Positions 46,618 through 58,004 of a stretch of DNA of 64,000 bases are shown here, piece after piece. The number at the start of each line of letters is the position of its first letter. Positions within the stretch are counted from its first letter, which is position 1. The translations under genes and the position numbers were made by a program. Source of the stretch: Setoptus koraiensis (lineage: Eukaryota > Animalia > Arthropoda); contig CM106586.1 of the NCBI GenBank assembly GCA_048013815.1, forward strand, positions 10,602,001 through 10,666,000, read 5' to 3'. Under the pieces are notes generated by a model. It was given only the letters and a program-made list of their open reading frames with translations, was not told where the DNA came from and did not search any database.

Positions 46618-49600
46618 TGATAATAAGCAAACGTCAAAAGAGAGTGTCTTGGTGATAGCAATCATTATTAACATATCGTTTATGTTGTGTCAATGAGCAT
46701 ATTATATTATCATTGCAGAACAATGATATTATCACGCCAAAAAACCCCAGGTGATGTATAGATAGCTTCAGAACTTTCAGCTTGAGGACAATAGAAATAT
46801 TTCCTATGGTTTATTTTGTTATTGTACTTCTCAAGATATGATGAAATTATTCCACCAACAAAGCATTATTTAAGACCAATGACCGTATGATTATATCATC
46901 TTTACATGAATACATTGACACCCACTTAAACAATTTCAATGACAACAACATTCAAATTTTTACATTATTAGGTGACGAATCTGATTTGTACCAGATCATA
47001 AAACAAAAGTGTATGATTTTATCTATGTCTATATTACTAGATAACAAGAATAATTCAACTAATTATCCTGGATCAAATGATTTGATATATCCGCGTGGCA
47101 AATCTTTACACTAATAGCTATAAAATATAGCTATCTGCTTGTTGCAACTAAAAGGAAACAATAGTACGTGATATGTTAGTACAACGAGAAGTGATTGGAA
47201 ATAATTGGATTTTAACTTGAAATGGAATGAAAAACTATAACCATATCTGCCTGTCAAAAAATCAAAAAAATAACATAAACAATAACAATAAAATAATATT
47301 ATCTCATTACATGATGTGTTTTGTAGTTCCTCTAGTATCAAATAGCCTTGAGTCTCATGACTTGACTACCAGTTGACGAACTATGATAGGCCATGTACAG
47401 CTAACTAAATATCTTCCGGTTTATATCATGTGACTGTAACATGATGTTATAACATTCAATGTGCTAAATAACTATAAAAATAGCAATTGAAGCCAATAAA
47501 CTCGGAAAAGCATGCCTTCACATTTTCAATAGAGCCACCTAAAACTGCAACTAGCAAATACATATCGTTAACTTTAATTGGCTATTGTCACAATGATGAT
47601 AAGTGATACATAATAGTTTAGGTTTTGCGTAATTTGTATGAAACGAGTCACGTTTGATTAAGCTTTTATCAACATACTGAGTTATATAAAAAGTTACTAC
47701 TTATGCTCGATGGCCTATGAATCCTCGGGTCTTATTATAATAAACAATTGTTCGCCGATTGCCAAGTAATGTTAAGATTTTGATAGCAATGAGAGAGATC
47801 TCCTCTCTACGGCAAAGACTTGGCTCTCAATCTTTAAATCATCATTCATGAAACCCAAATTGTTTGCCTCGAAAAATGCGTGAGAACGCATAATATATAA
47901 ACATTAATGTTGAAATAGCTATAATCATAACTATAACTATCATAAATATATATGTATCAAAGTTTATGTATAGCAATTATCATGAGAGTACTCTGTGGAG
48001 AGTATTTGATCATTTTTGCTAATGATTGCTAATTAATAATCACTCGATGTTAAGCTTTGATAAGGATGCCATTAACATCGCCGTATGATTTCCTTGGCAA
48101 ATCTAGATGCATAGATGTGATAGATATAATCGACTTTCTTTGATTATCTATGAGTGTCTCCACTTCTAGTTTGATCTAGATTGGTGTATAGTGAGAGCAA
48201 TAATTACAATCATCATCGTATGTGATAGTTGTCATGAACTAACGACTTTAGTCTGTACTAATCGTATAAAGATATTTAGATAGTCTGTATCGTTAATAGC
48301 AATAATAATAGCTATAATAATGTTTGGCGCCCCTGACATTTGTATGACGTAGAGGAGTCATAGAAGATAAGCACGTAGCAGGAGCAGTAAATAATTATAT
48401 AAGTTATGGTTACTGTTGGGCCAAGACGGTCTTTGTTTCATTTAGAGTATCATTTGTCGCGAGAGTATACATAGCAAACCGAAGCAACAAGAGGGTCTCA
48501 CTCCAGTTGTGTGATATAAATTATGCGATGTTGGTATGTGAGCCACAAACATATAAATCATTGCATACTATTAGAAGAAGGCTGCGAACGGAAATTCAAA
48601 CTCAATAATCGGATAACTAATGATTTGATCGGCGTAACCATACCCGTCGACTAGAGCTATTTTTGTAAACTGGTTCCTCACAAACAACAACAACAACAAC
48701 TCGATCAAGGTATAAAATTGCAGCGCTTTTGTAGCTCTTTGGCAGTTCATTGAATTTGCACATGATCTCACTAACAAGTGTTGTTGTTGTTGTTTTGACC
48801 ACACACAAATTGTACAACGACACTTGTTGTTGTTTTCGACGACGGCGAGCTTGCGTAACGAACAACGTGATAAAAACAAGGCTGATTTGTTTGCTTCTAG
48901 TTGCACACCATCACCGTATTGTGTTATTTTGTTTATTGCTTTTGTAACGAAACGAGAGAAAATTGATAGTATGTGTTTGTATGTATCGGGTTGAAAATAA
49001 TGTACAAGTGGATGATGATAATAATAATAATAATAACGATGACGATGTTGATGTTGATGGTGAAAATAGCTACAAAAATTAACAATTGTTGACGTTGTAA
49101 CTATTAAGCGACGATTGCAAATACTACTAGCTTTCTGCATTCGCACATTGAGGATTTCCTGTAATGAGAAAGTGTCGTTGGCTGCCGATAATGGTAGTGG
49201 TGGTTACTCGACGGTCACAAATAACCAAATGTTTGAGTCCTTTGTCCTTCGTTCGATTCAATTTTAATCGCGTCTTATTGCGATCGGATGGTCGATGTGT
49301 TAGAATTGCGAAGAACTAACTACTGTCAACCAACTGTCCTTTAGTTGTCGTTTGTTGGGCCATTTGGAGCGGTCAGTGGGCTCAGATGAGCGAAACTTGA
49401 TTCTAGTGCAGGGCTAATCAGAATTGTTGGGGAAATGTGAAAACATTATTAAGTGACCTGACTTGAGTGCGATAACGGTTGCGCGAGCGTCGCTTCCGTT
49501 AGGTTAATTGATGATGTTGCATTTATTAAATACAAAGGGGCTACTGAGGAGGGGCTTGTATTAGTTTGGCGTGGCAGTGATGCTGGAGGTGGATACAAAA

Positions 49601-49854
49601 GGCTGGTTGGCTGGTTGTTTTGCTGATTGGTCGAACAGTGATGGCAGAGTAATGAGGTCCTTGCTTCGGGTTCTATGTGTGGGCATTTTATTTTAGTCAG
49701 TTTTAACATGCTTGTGTGTCTATGTATATAAAATTAACTATTTTTTTTCTTTCCTTTTCAATTGTTTTCTCTAGGCAACCACGGGCGCTGTCTGAGAGCA
49801 TGCATCTGTGGTTGTGACGCAATTGAGGCCCCTATCCTATGCAATTCATTCCGT

Positions 49855-50309
49855 TCATCTTCTTCTCCTTCTCCAGTAGCCTTTGTCATAATGGCTGCCA
49901 CCGTTGCAATGGATAGGAATGGGTATAGGTATCGGATAGCTGATAGATACAACAACAGTTAAATAAAACAGGGAACAAACAACGGAATAAAACAACGCTT
50001 AATTCGTCTGTGGTTGAATATTTGCGCGAGTATAACTATACTCTATAGTGATTTTAGCCATTATCTGACTTGTTTGCAGGCCCAATAATTACTGATAATC
50101 AGTTTTAAGGCAATGAAATCATTTTGTGCTCACCTGTAGGATCCGCCACCGCCGCCGCCACCCGTGCTGATGATGATGTTTCCGGCCTTGCCCTTGCCTT
50201 TGCCACCGGCCTCAACTTGACCCCTGGAACTGGGGCTCAGCCAAGAGCTCAAGAATAGCACCACTATTAAGGCCATGGCAAGGTTAAGAGGATTTCTCAA
50301 TAGATTCAT
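49855..50309 (-). CDS. Small secreted peptide A (Lys/Gly-rich, YPIPIPIPIHC, poly-Arg tail), 2 exons, 86 aa; absent from the ORF track
   Basis: Exon 1 50309-50134 ending AG|GTGAGC; exon 2 49939-49855 after acceptor ATCAG|. Protein MNLLRNPLNLAMALIVVLFLSSWLSPSSRGQVEA-GGKGKGKAGNIIISTGGGGGGGSYSYPIPIPIPIHCNGGSHYDKGYWRRRRR. Confidence 0.8.
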
Positions 50310-53015
50310 TTTGGATGTGTTTATATGGTTGATGGTATTGAATTTAAATGATGATTAAAATAGATGATAATCACTTGACAAATCGTGTTGTTTGTGTTGA
50401 TTCAGATTAGTCATATATATTTGTGTGTCTACATGAATATTGTTTCTGATTCAATTTGGTCACTATGGTTAATCTATGATGATATACAAACTCAACTGCA
50501 AAATTTACTTCACTTAAACTAAACGTTTGTTCTTGATGAACAATCTTTTTATACCTGCGTCAATAGAGACTAACTCGATGACTCGATCATTGCAGGCTGT
50601 TATGTAACGAGAGAAATACTCTCCAGAAGCTCTTCTTTGTCACTTGGTGAATAATTTCAAATATCTTCTAATCGTCTTATCCAGTGAACGGGTGTGGCCA
50701 ATATCTATATATACACATTCCAGACAGGTAGATATGGTGACTATCGTTGATCGCTAGTAGCAGCCAAAGTTAATTTGGGGTGTCAATAACCTGTCTTGTC
50801 CTGTATTCATTAGTCGTCCGCTTGTCTTTCGGGGCCTAATCAATCGCTGTGTGTGCAACAATTATAGATATAACAGTATCATCGAGTTAGTATCAGTGGT
50901 TGTAGTGGTAGTAATAGATTATTGTCACTGCAGTGTTGTGAGAAAGTGTAAGAATTGTTGCTAATTTAATTGTTGCAAGCAGGCAGATAATTATTAGCAA
51001 AATATGCAAACTAACAGCAGCAGCAAAGTAGTGATTATTGACATGGGCATAATAGCCGCCTAATGATTGTTGTAGCAATCTGGTCTTTTGCAACATCTAG
51101 TTATATAACGCATCGATAGACATACATGGCTCTCTTGAATGGCTTGGTTTTGAGCATACATTCTAGTTATATTTTAGTTATACAACAAAATACGACAAAG
51201 CAGCTAAAAGATGTTTATAGATGGAAAGTGATGAAACCATTTCGCAGTTAGCAGGTTGTTGAGCTGAAACAATAATGTAGCAATAACAAAGACACCAACA
51301 CAGCCGAAGACGATAAAAAGAACAATTATCATCACAGAGCTTGACAGCTTAGCGACAGGTTGCTTGCGTTGCTGTTGGTATGGTTAGCTGAATTCTAAAA
51401 ATGAAATGAACTTATTTTCTACCACTACTAATAGTCAGCTAGAACTTACCTGTTCATCTCTCACAAGTATAAATGTGAGGGTGTATTCTTGATGGAAATT
51501 TGTTGCAATCTTCTGTTTTTAAAAGCTAGTTAAATTTTACAGTTATGCAATCCACTAGCGATACAATAAATATAGATTGTTTGCCATTCGATTTTTTCTA
51601 TCGTTACTGGCTGCTGATGAATAGTTTGGTCGGCGATGACACTAGAAAATCCAATATAAGATACAGATAATATGAAAAGTCGTCTCTCAATTGTTGATGG
51701 TCGATATAGACGGCTCGTATACTATTTGTTCGGGCCAATATTTGCTATTGTAGTTGCAGGATTGATGCCGTGCTTTCGAAATGCCACTTTGAAGAATAAA
51801 CCGTTGACGTTGCTCAATTTTGTCTAACTGTCACTCTCAAATATCTCTTGTTTGTGTGTCTCATGTCGCAATGATACCATTTGAATTACCATTTGAATGA
51901 TTCTCTATTTTGTTTTCTAACAATTGTTCGGAGATTTCATTAGTAATGAATCGTTGTAAACTTGCATCTTATCCATCTAATGAAGGCTTGTCTGTGTGAG
52001 AGGTCATTGAGTCGGTTCCTGACTGCCTCTTTTTTTTTTCTTTAATGCTCGTAGATCTTGAACAACGGCCGTTGCATTAGTGTCTGGTCGGATCAAGCAA
52101 CGAATAGACAGAGAACAGACGTAACGACATTTCGAACGATTCAGTTAAAGAACAGAACTGTCAAGCCTGAGAAATGCAAACACATTTCAGCAGCCGAGCC
52201 GGACAGTTGGACAGAATGAAGCGATACCCAATCGTCTAGCTACTGATTGATTGATTTTGTATGTGACTCATAAGTTATGACTCATGGATTTGCAATTGAT
52301 AAATATTTGGTATTTTAGCATAGACGATGAAAAGGCGGTGCAAAGGTGAGGCGATCGATAGGCATCATTATATGACATAACGTCATTGGCGATCTCTCTT
52401 GTTTGATACTAGCATGCATAGTGAATCGTGAAGCAAATGCGACGCGCCGGAGAGAAAGTTCATTAGGGCCAATTTCGTATGGGCAGCTTCGACAGTTGAC
52501 ACAATTGAATTGTTTGTTGCCTGATTGGCTAGTCCGGCGAACAAGATGGGGCAACAAAACAACCTGTTGTTGTACTACTACAGCTTGCAATGGTGCTAAT
52601 TAGTCGCTTGACAACCTGTCGCTCACTGATAGCGCCAATTGTCTCTAAGGTGATTAACGATTCGCTGATTGTTGCGACACCGTGAACAATATTGATGGTT
52701 GCTGCCACATTGCACTCGTTTGCTTCGAAACATTTCACCATGTTCATGTTCTATTTCTCATTTTAATTAGTTAGCTTCTTTTTCTTCTTTTGCTTGTTTG
52801 TTTGCCTCGAACAAACAAGTGGCAAGAACGAGACCCCTCCATTGCACATCGGCTAACAAGATAACGCCTTCTTGGCGCTTCGAAACGAATATGCCAACAC
52901 ACACAGGCAGCCAGGGTGCTGCCGAGCGTCGAAAAGTGGCAGACGTTTGCAGCAGCCATAGATGAGCATCGATCGAGAATCGCTCACCTGGACGAATATC
53001 ACCTCTCAGGGGCTC

Positions 53016-53024
53016 TATATAAAG
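53016..53024 (+). promoter_or_regulatory. TATA box of peptide B gene
   Basis: TATATAAAG ~180 bp upstream of the ATG at 53199, with Inr-like TAGTC/TCAGTT at 53044-53060. Confidence 0.5.
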
Positions 53025-53198
53025 AGAATGATTGTTTTATAACTAGTCAAACATTCAGTTCTTGTATTTGTGGCATCCAGTAGCTGGGATGAGTAGACAA
53101 TCAATAGAATAACTAGTAACAGCAGTCGCCCAAGCAGCAAACAATCAGATCAATTCTCCAAGAGAAAAGAGGCCCTTGAGAAACAAAAAATTGTCAAC

Positions 53199-53781
53199 AT
53201 GAAGATCTTCAAAATGCTATCATCGTTAGCAGCAGCCGTATTTGGTGTTGTTGCAATCATCGATCCTGTCAGTGCTGGCGGAGACAAATCTGCCAAGACC
53301 ACGGTAAGTACCAACGAGATTGCACGCACGCATGTAGATAGATGAGCGTAATCAGACAGATTTTCAGAGTAGCGCGATTTTCTAGAAATTTTCCAGAAAT
53401 TTTCCAGAAATTTTCTCGAAATGACTTTTTCGAGTGATTTCTTTTCTTCGGAGCGATTTTTTTTTCTGCGAGCGGCCATAAAAACGAACCGAGACAAGAA
53501 TAACCAACCTGACGATCTCAATCTGTTCCCAAACACTCTATTAGGTCATCACGCTAGCGGGCGGAGGAGGACATGAAAAAGCTTCGTATCCCGTAAGTAT
53601 AACCGCCTACTGATAAAACAATCGATTTCTTGTGCAGCCGAAATAAACCGAAATGAACCGAAATATATTAACATGTTCTCATGCCCACTCCTAGATTCCC
53701 ATTCCCATTCCGGTTTGTCAGCATGGCCATTACGGGGGACACGGAGGACATGGAGGCGGCTTCGGACAGGGCGGCTGGTAA
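53199..53781 (+). CDS. Small secreted peptide B (YPIPIPIPVC, Gly/His-rich tail), 3 exons, 79 aa; absent from the ORF track
   Basis: Exons 53199-53303, 53545-53592 and 53695-53781, with GTAAGT donors and TAG acceptors, all phase 0. Protein MKIFKMLSSLAAAVFGVVAIIDPVSA-GGDKSAKTTVITLAGGGGHEKASYPIPIPIPVCQHGHYGGHGGHGGGFGQGGW. Confidence 0.82.
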
Positions 53782-54321
53782 TCAGTGAGCGAGAAGAATC
53801 AATAATTAGCACCTGTTGGCAATCAAGAAACGGTGGCTAGCCAATACCCATAATCTTCCTTTCATTTACCTCGTTGCCGTAACCATAATTACAGAAATCA
53901 TCATATCAAACTCCATCGGCCCCTGATCGAAGCCCCCAGCTCAGCTAGGCCCTGCTCGACTAAGCTCAGCGCTGGCCCTGTCCCGCAGTAAGTCTAATTT
54001 GGCAAATTGGTCTGGACAAGGGACGCGCAATTAGTCAACCATTGAATAGTTTTGAGCACATCTCCACATCCATACAACAATCCCACATACACAACATTCT
54101 TTCGACCAGGCCCCCTTTATCCCACCCTGCTCCTGTCAATCAATTGATCATCAAGTTTCGCTTGAATCAGGACGGTTTGATACTGTGTCTGAAACTAGCC
54201 GGAACTAGTGTTCGTATCTATATAGTCTGTCTACAGATATTGAACGCCCGGCGCAACCCAGATCTAGACATCCAAAATCATCATTACAGCCATAAATTAG
54301 GTTGAGTCGCTCCCCACTCAA

Positions 54322-54603
54322 TCAGACAAACAACATTGAAACTATTTCAGGCAGACAACTTTTTTTTGTATCCATCACCAACATATCGATCATGCAAGTA
54401 TCGAGCATATATACCAAGTATAAAGTATCAATTATCGGGAACATTCGGGCCATCATGGAACAGGAGCTGTCGACGATGCAAGCAACAATTTGATTTGTTT
54501 TCGCCTGAGCTTTTTGAGGGATTTTAAGCAGCAATAGCTCCAAGAATAATAATAGAACAAGTTGAATGGATAGTATCAAGTGTTGCGGCGGATATTGTAG
54601 CAT
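54322..54603 (-). CDS. Possible small secreted Cys/Met-rich protein
   Basis: MLQYPPQHLILSIQLVLLLFLELLLLKIPQKAQA-KTNQIVACIVDSSC...TC...KSCLPEIVSMLFV has a hydrophobic leader ending in AQA and 4 Cys. Short ORFs overlap it on the other strand, so it may be spurious. Confidence 0.3.
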   Translation of the reverse strand: MLQYPPQHLILSIQLVLLLFLELLLLKIPQKAQAKTNQIVACIVDSSCSMMARMFPIIDTLYLVYMLDTCMIDMLVMDTKKSCLPEIVSMLFV

Positions 54604-55547
54604 TAGTTGATATTCATTAGAGTTCATTCATGCCAAGTAGTAAAAGTAGTAGTATCAGTAGTAGTAGTATTAGTAGTAGTTGTAGTAGTAATAGTAGCAG
54701 TGGTGGTAGTAGCGCTGCTGTAGTAGTTTGTACAGTATATTTGATAAGACCAAAATATTCTGAAAGAATTTGGGCCTATGCAAATATATTTTATCCAATA
54801 CGTACGTAATGTATTTGTGCGATTGTGTGCATTCGTATGTGTGTGTGAGTGTAAGGTTTTTTTATCCTGTATGTATCTTTTTATAAGTAGTAGTAGTATC
54901 AAAAAGTAGTAACATAATAAATGAACAAACAAACTAAAAAAAAACTGATAAATTCACTTCCGAATTTCTGGTTGTCTTTTCTCCGTTCAGTCGGTAGTCC
55001 TATCCAACGACAGATGTTCAATGCATTTTGAAACTGACAACTTGTGCCGCTACAATTCATCAGACTGGACAATTTTTTCCTTGTTGGCTTCTCAAAGTTT
55101 TCACGTTCTTTCATGCAGAATCTATCCAGACTGCTCGGTTTTCTGGCTCCGACATCGACCCACTTTTAATTATGTGTCCATTGATGATCGATGGATGAAT
55201 TACGCAACAACAGACCGGTCTTGCTGGCCGCACTTTTCTTCGTTCGAATCAGACTGCTACTTTGTATGTTTCTCGAGAAACAACAAAGATAATGATTGTG
55301 ATCGTTGCTGATTGCATTACAATCAAACAACTGATTGATTTGTCTTCTCGCCGCTCGTCCGCATTCGACATCAATCAATCCACTGGAGGCCAGTCGTCAT
55401 CACTAGATGTTGCACAATAGTCGCCAGGCCAATTGAACATACTCATTCGTCGACAGTCTACCGACGATAACATCTCTATACATCAGATAATAGAAGCAAT
55501 ATTCGTGGTAGCAACAAGTAAGCAGCAAACAATCAGCAAACATCAAA

Positions 55548-55955
55548 ATGAGCAAAAAGTATCAACATAACGCATGCATCTGGACCTTAGTGGTCATGCT
55601 GATTTGGTTCATTTTGGCGGAAATCGTCAAAGAATACGAACACATCATTCCCATCAGATACAAGACACAACTTGTTGCAAACAACTTTGAAAACGGTGCC
55701 GCATCGGAGTTAATGATGAATGAAGCCAGAAATGTGGATCATTTGCAAAATCCAAAAGATGACAACTCTAGATTGTATTCGTTTGTGCTGTTTGCCGAGG
55801 CTGGCAAGAAGAAAAAGAAGGAAAAGAGCGAAGTTATAGTTATATCTGTGACCAATCCACAACCAAAAGGTGGCCACATGTATCCAATTTACGTGCCCAC
55901 TTGCGGAGGTCATGGAAGAAAGCGTCGCAGAAGATCTGTTTTTTGGAAAGTGTAA
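55548..55955 (+). CDS. Secreted peptide C, intronless third member of the YP(IP)n-Cys family, 135 aa
   Basis: Hydrophobic leader, then ...LFAEA-GKKKKKEKSEVIVISVTNPQPKGGHMYPIYVPTCGGHGRKRRRRSVFWKV. Confidence 0.75.
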   Translation: MSKKYQHNACIWTLVVMLIWFILAEIVKEYEHIIPIRYKTQLVANNFENGAASELMMNEARNVDHLQNPKDDNSRLYSFVLFAEAGKKKKKEKSEVIVISVTNPQPKGGHMYPIYVPTCGGHGRKRRRRSVFWKV

Positions 55956-56334
55956 AATTCATTTCGCACGGGTTCAATCGATTTCGAAATTTGATCCGCC
56001 AATGAAAAGTTCGCCACTTGCAAGAAATACCGAGCTAAGCAATAAAGCGGAAAAAGGAGGCGCATAATAGAACATTTAAACACAACTGTAATTACAACAA
56101 ACACGCTGCTTTATTATTGGATACAATGACACATTAGATGTTTGGTAAGATAGATTGTAACTTTTTGAATATTTGAACACTCACAACTGAGACATCCCAT
56201 CATATTACACAAATTATATACGATGAATATATGTATCGTCACGAATGGTCGTGGAGACATTCAGTCTCGATCCCGATCCCTGTCAATTCAAATGATTCTG
56301 TTTGAATCAGTTCCCGCGTCCAGGAATCGCCCGA

Positions 56335-56735
56335 TCATTGCGACTTAGAGCTGCCATCTTGGCCGTCATTAGATTTCTTGGGCCACGGGTGGTAGCTGGG
56401 GTCAAAGTAGCCGTCTTCCCAAGGCAACGGTTGACGGGCATAGCCTAGCGAGCCAGCGGACAGTCCCCACGGGCTGGCGCGTTGATTCAACAGAGGAAAT
56501 GCTTCGACTGGGCCGTCGGAAAAGCAGGGCATTTTGTTACAAGTCAAGATTGACTACGATTATTAATTGCTAAATAAAAACACAAACCCAAAATTATTGA
56601 TTTCGTTTGATCGCGACGATGCTTACCCATTGTTTGCTTGTCATCTCGAAGATTTACTATCATGAGAGTGGCGCCTATTGTGGCGGCCACAAGCAGAAAA
56701 TAGTTCAAGTTTCTCGGACTAAAATACACTGACAT
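56335..56735 (-). CDS. Small secreted orphan peptide D, 2 exons, 93 aa
   Basis: Exon 1 56735-56627 (G|GTAAGC) and exon 2 56507-56335 (CCCAG|TC), phase 1, join the two separate track ORFs. Protein MSVYFSPRNLNYFLLVAATIGATLMIVNLRDDKQTMVEA-FPLLNQRASPWGLSAGSLGYARQPLPWEDGYFDPSYHPWPKKSNDGQDGSSKSQ. Confidence 0.6.
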
Positions 56736-58004
56736 TGTTGAACGACAGCGAGCACGATGCGATGGCCAATTGTTGAGACGTCGTTTTTCGTCGCTTAGTT
56801 TCTTGTTTACGCCAGTGAAAGTTGAGTCTTTATCTAATCATTTGCGAAGAGAGCAATTCGAAGTTCTGGTACTTGATATTGGCAGATGTGTTGCAGTGTT
56901 GAGCCGAAATACAAATCATGCCACCACCAGTTGCGAATAACATTTTTTAGCACAAGGACTATAACAGCAGCAGCAGCAGCAGCAACAACAACAACAGTGA
57001 TAAAATAAAATGATAATTAAAATGGGACAAGTGTATTGTATTTGCATTTATGCCCGAGCCAATTGTCTCCCGAAATGCATAGTGCATGCAGCAAGTTGGC
57101 CGGCCCATCTGGAATGCTCTTTTAAAGTGTGTCGGTTAACATTTACTTTCACTTTTTTGTCCGACAATATGACTGTTTTATCTGTTTCATTTGAGCTGAA
57201 ACTAATTTTCATCTCCAGAGTATCAAATTAGTTAGTTATTGTCGCGGCATGTAAAACCGACATACACACATACAAACAAACAAACAAACAGCTAACCATT
57301 GAAAAAAACTCACTTTGTTCGAGTGGCGCTTTGTTTAACAAATGTAGCTGTCCCCCAAAGTGAAATCAAACAAAAACAAAACACCACAACAGCAACAAGT
57401 GCCATTGTTTGTCATGGAGGCATAATCTATTCTTTTGTCTCGCACCATCAGTAACTATTCGGCCAGATACGGCGACAAAACAGAGAAAAAACACGATTAA
57501 ATCATAATCAATTAATGATCATGAGCAAGCTAGGCAGTGCAATGCGTACCATTCGTCAATCTAGATCAGTTAATGACGACTTCGAATGTACCAACATGTG
57601 CACGATCAGTGACCCTTCAATGTATTGATGTCATTGCATCGATTGAGCAAGAATATTTTCAAGAAGATTTCTTCGAAGAGGATATTTTCGAGAGATTTGG
57701 CGCTCTTTAATACTCTTATACTCTTATACATTTGCCATCTACCTGACGCGTGTTAGCTGAATGTATGAAAAAAAAACGCTGCTTTATTTCGTTGTGTCTG
57801 CCGATTATTGATCAACGAAGACGAATAATACCAAAAATAGAACATGCTTGGGCACTTTTTGCCCTTGTCTTCTATCGCGGACGCATGTGCGGTGGTTATT
57901 TTTAGATGGAGACCCCCATGCGAAAATTTGTCAGAGATCCGTTTCCATTCATTCATTGATCAGTTATTAGATTGAAAGTGAGTCACACTAATATTAAAGA
58001 AATC

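Noticed and set aside
46900-49750. Hydrophobic ORFs and a strong minus-strand acceptor near 47253, as a possible membrane-protein gene
   Set aside because: I could not assemble a consistent multi-exon model, and hydrophobic frames arise easily from T-rich DNA.
53895-53926. Segment reading EIIISNSIGP after a CAG, similar to the IIIS motif of the peptide family
   Set aside because: The phase is incompatible with the donors of gene B, it stops after 10 codons, and it probably lies in the 3' UTR.
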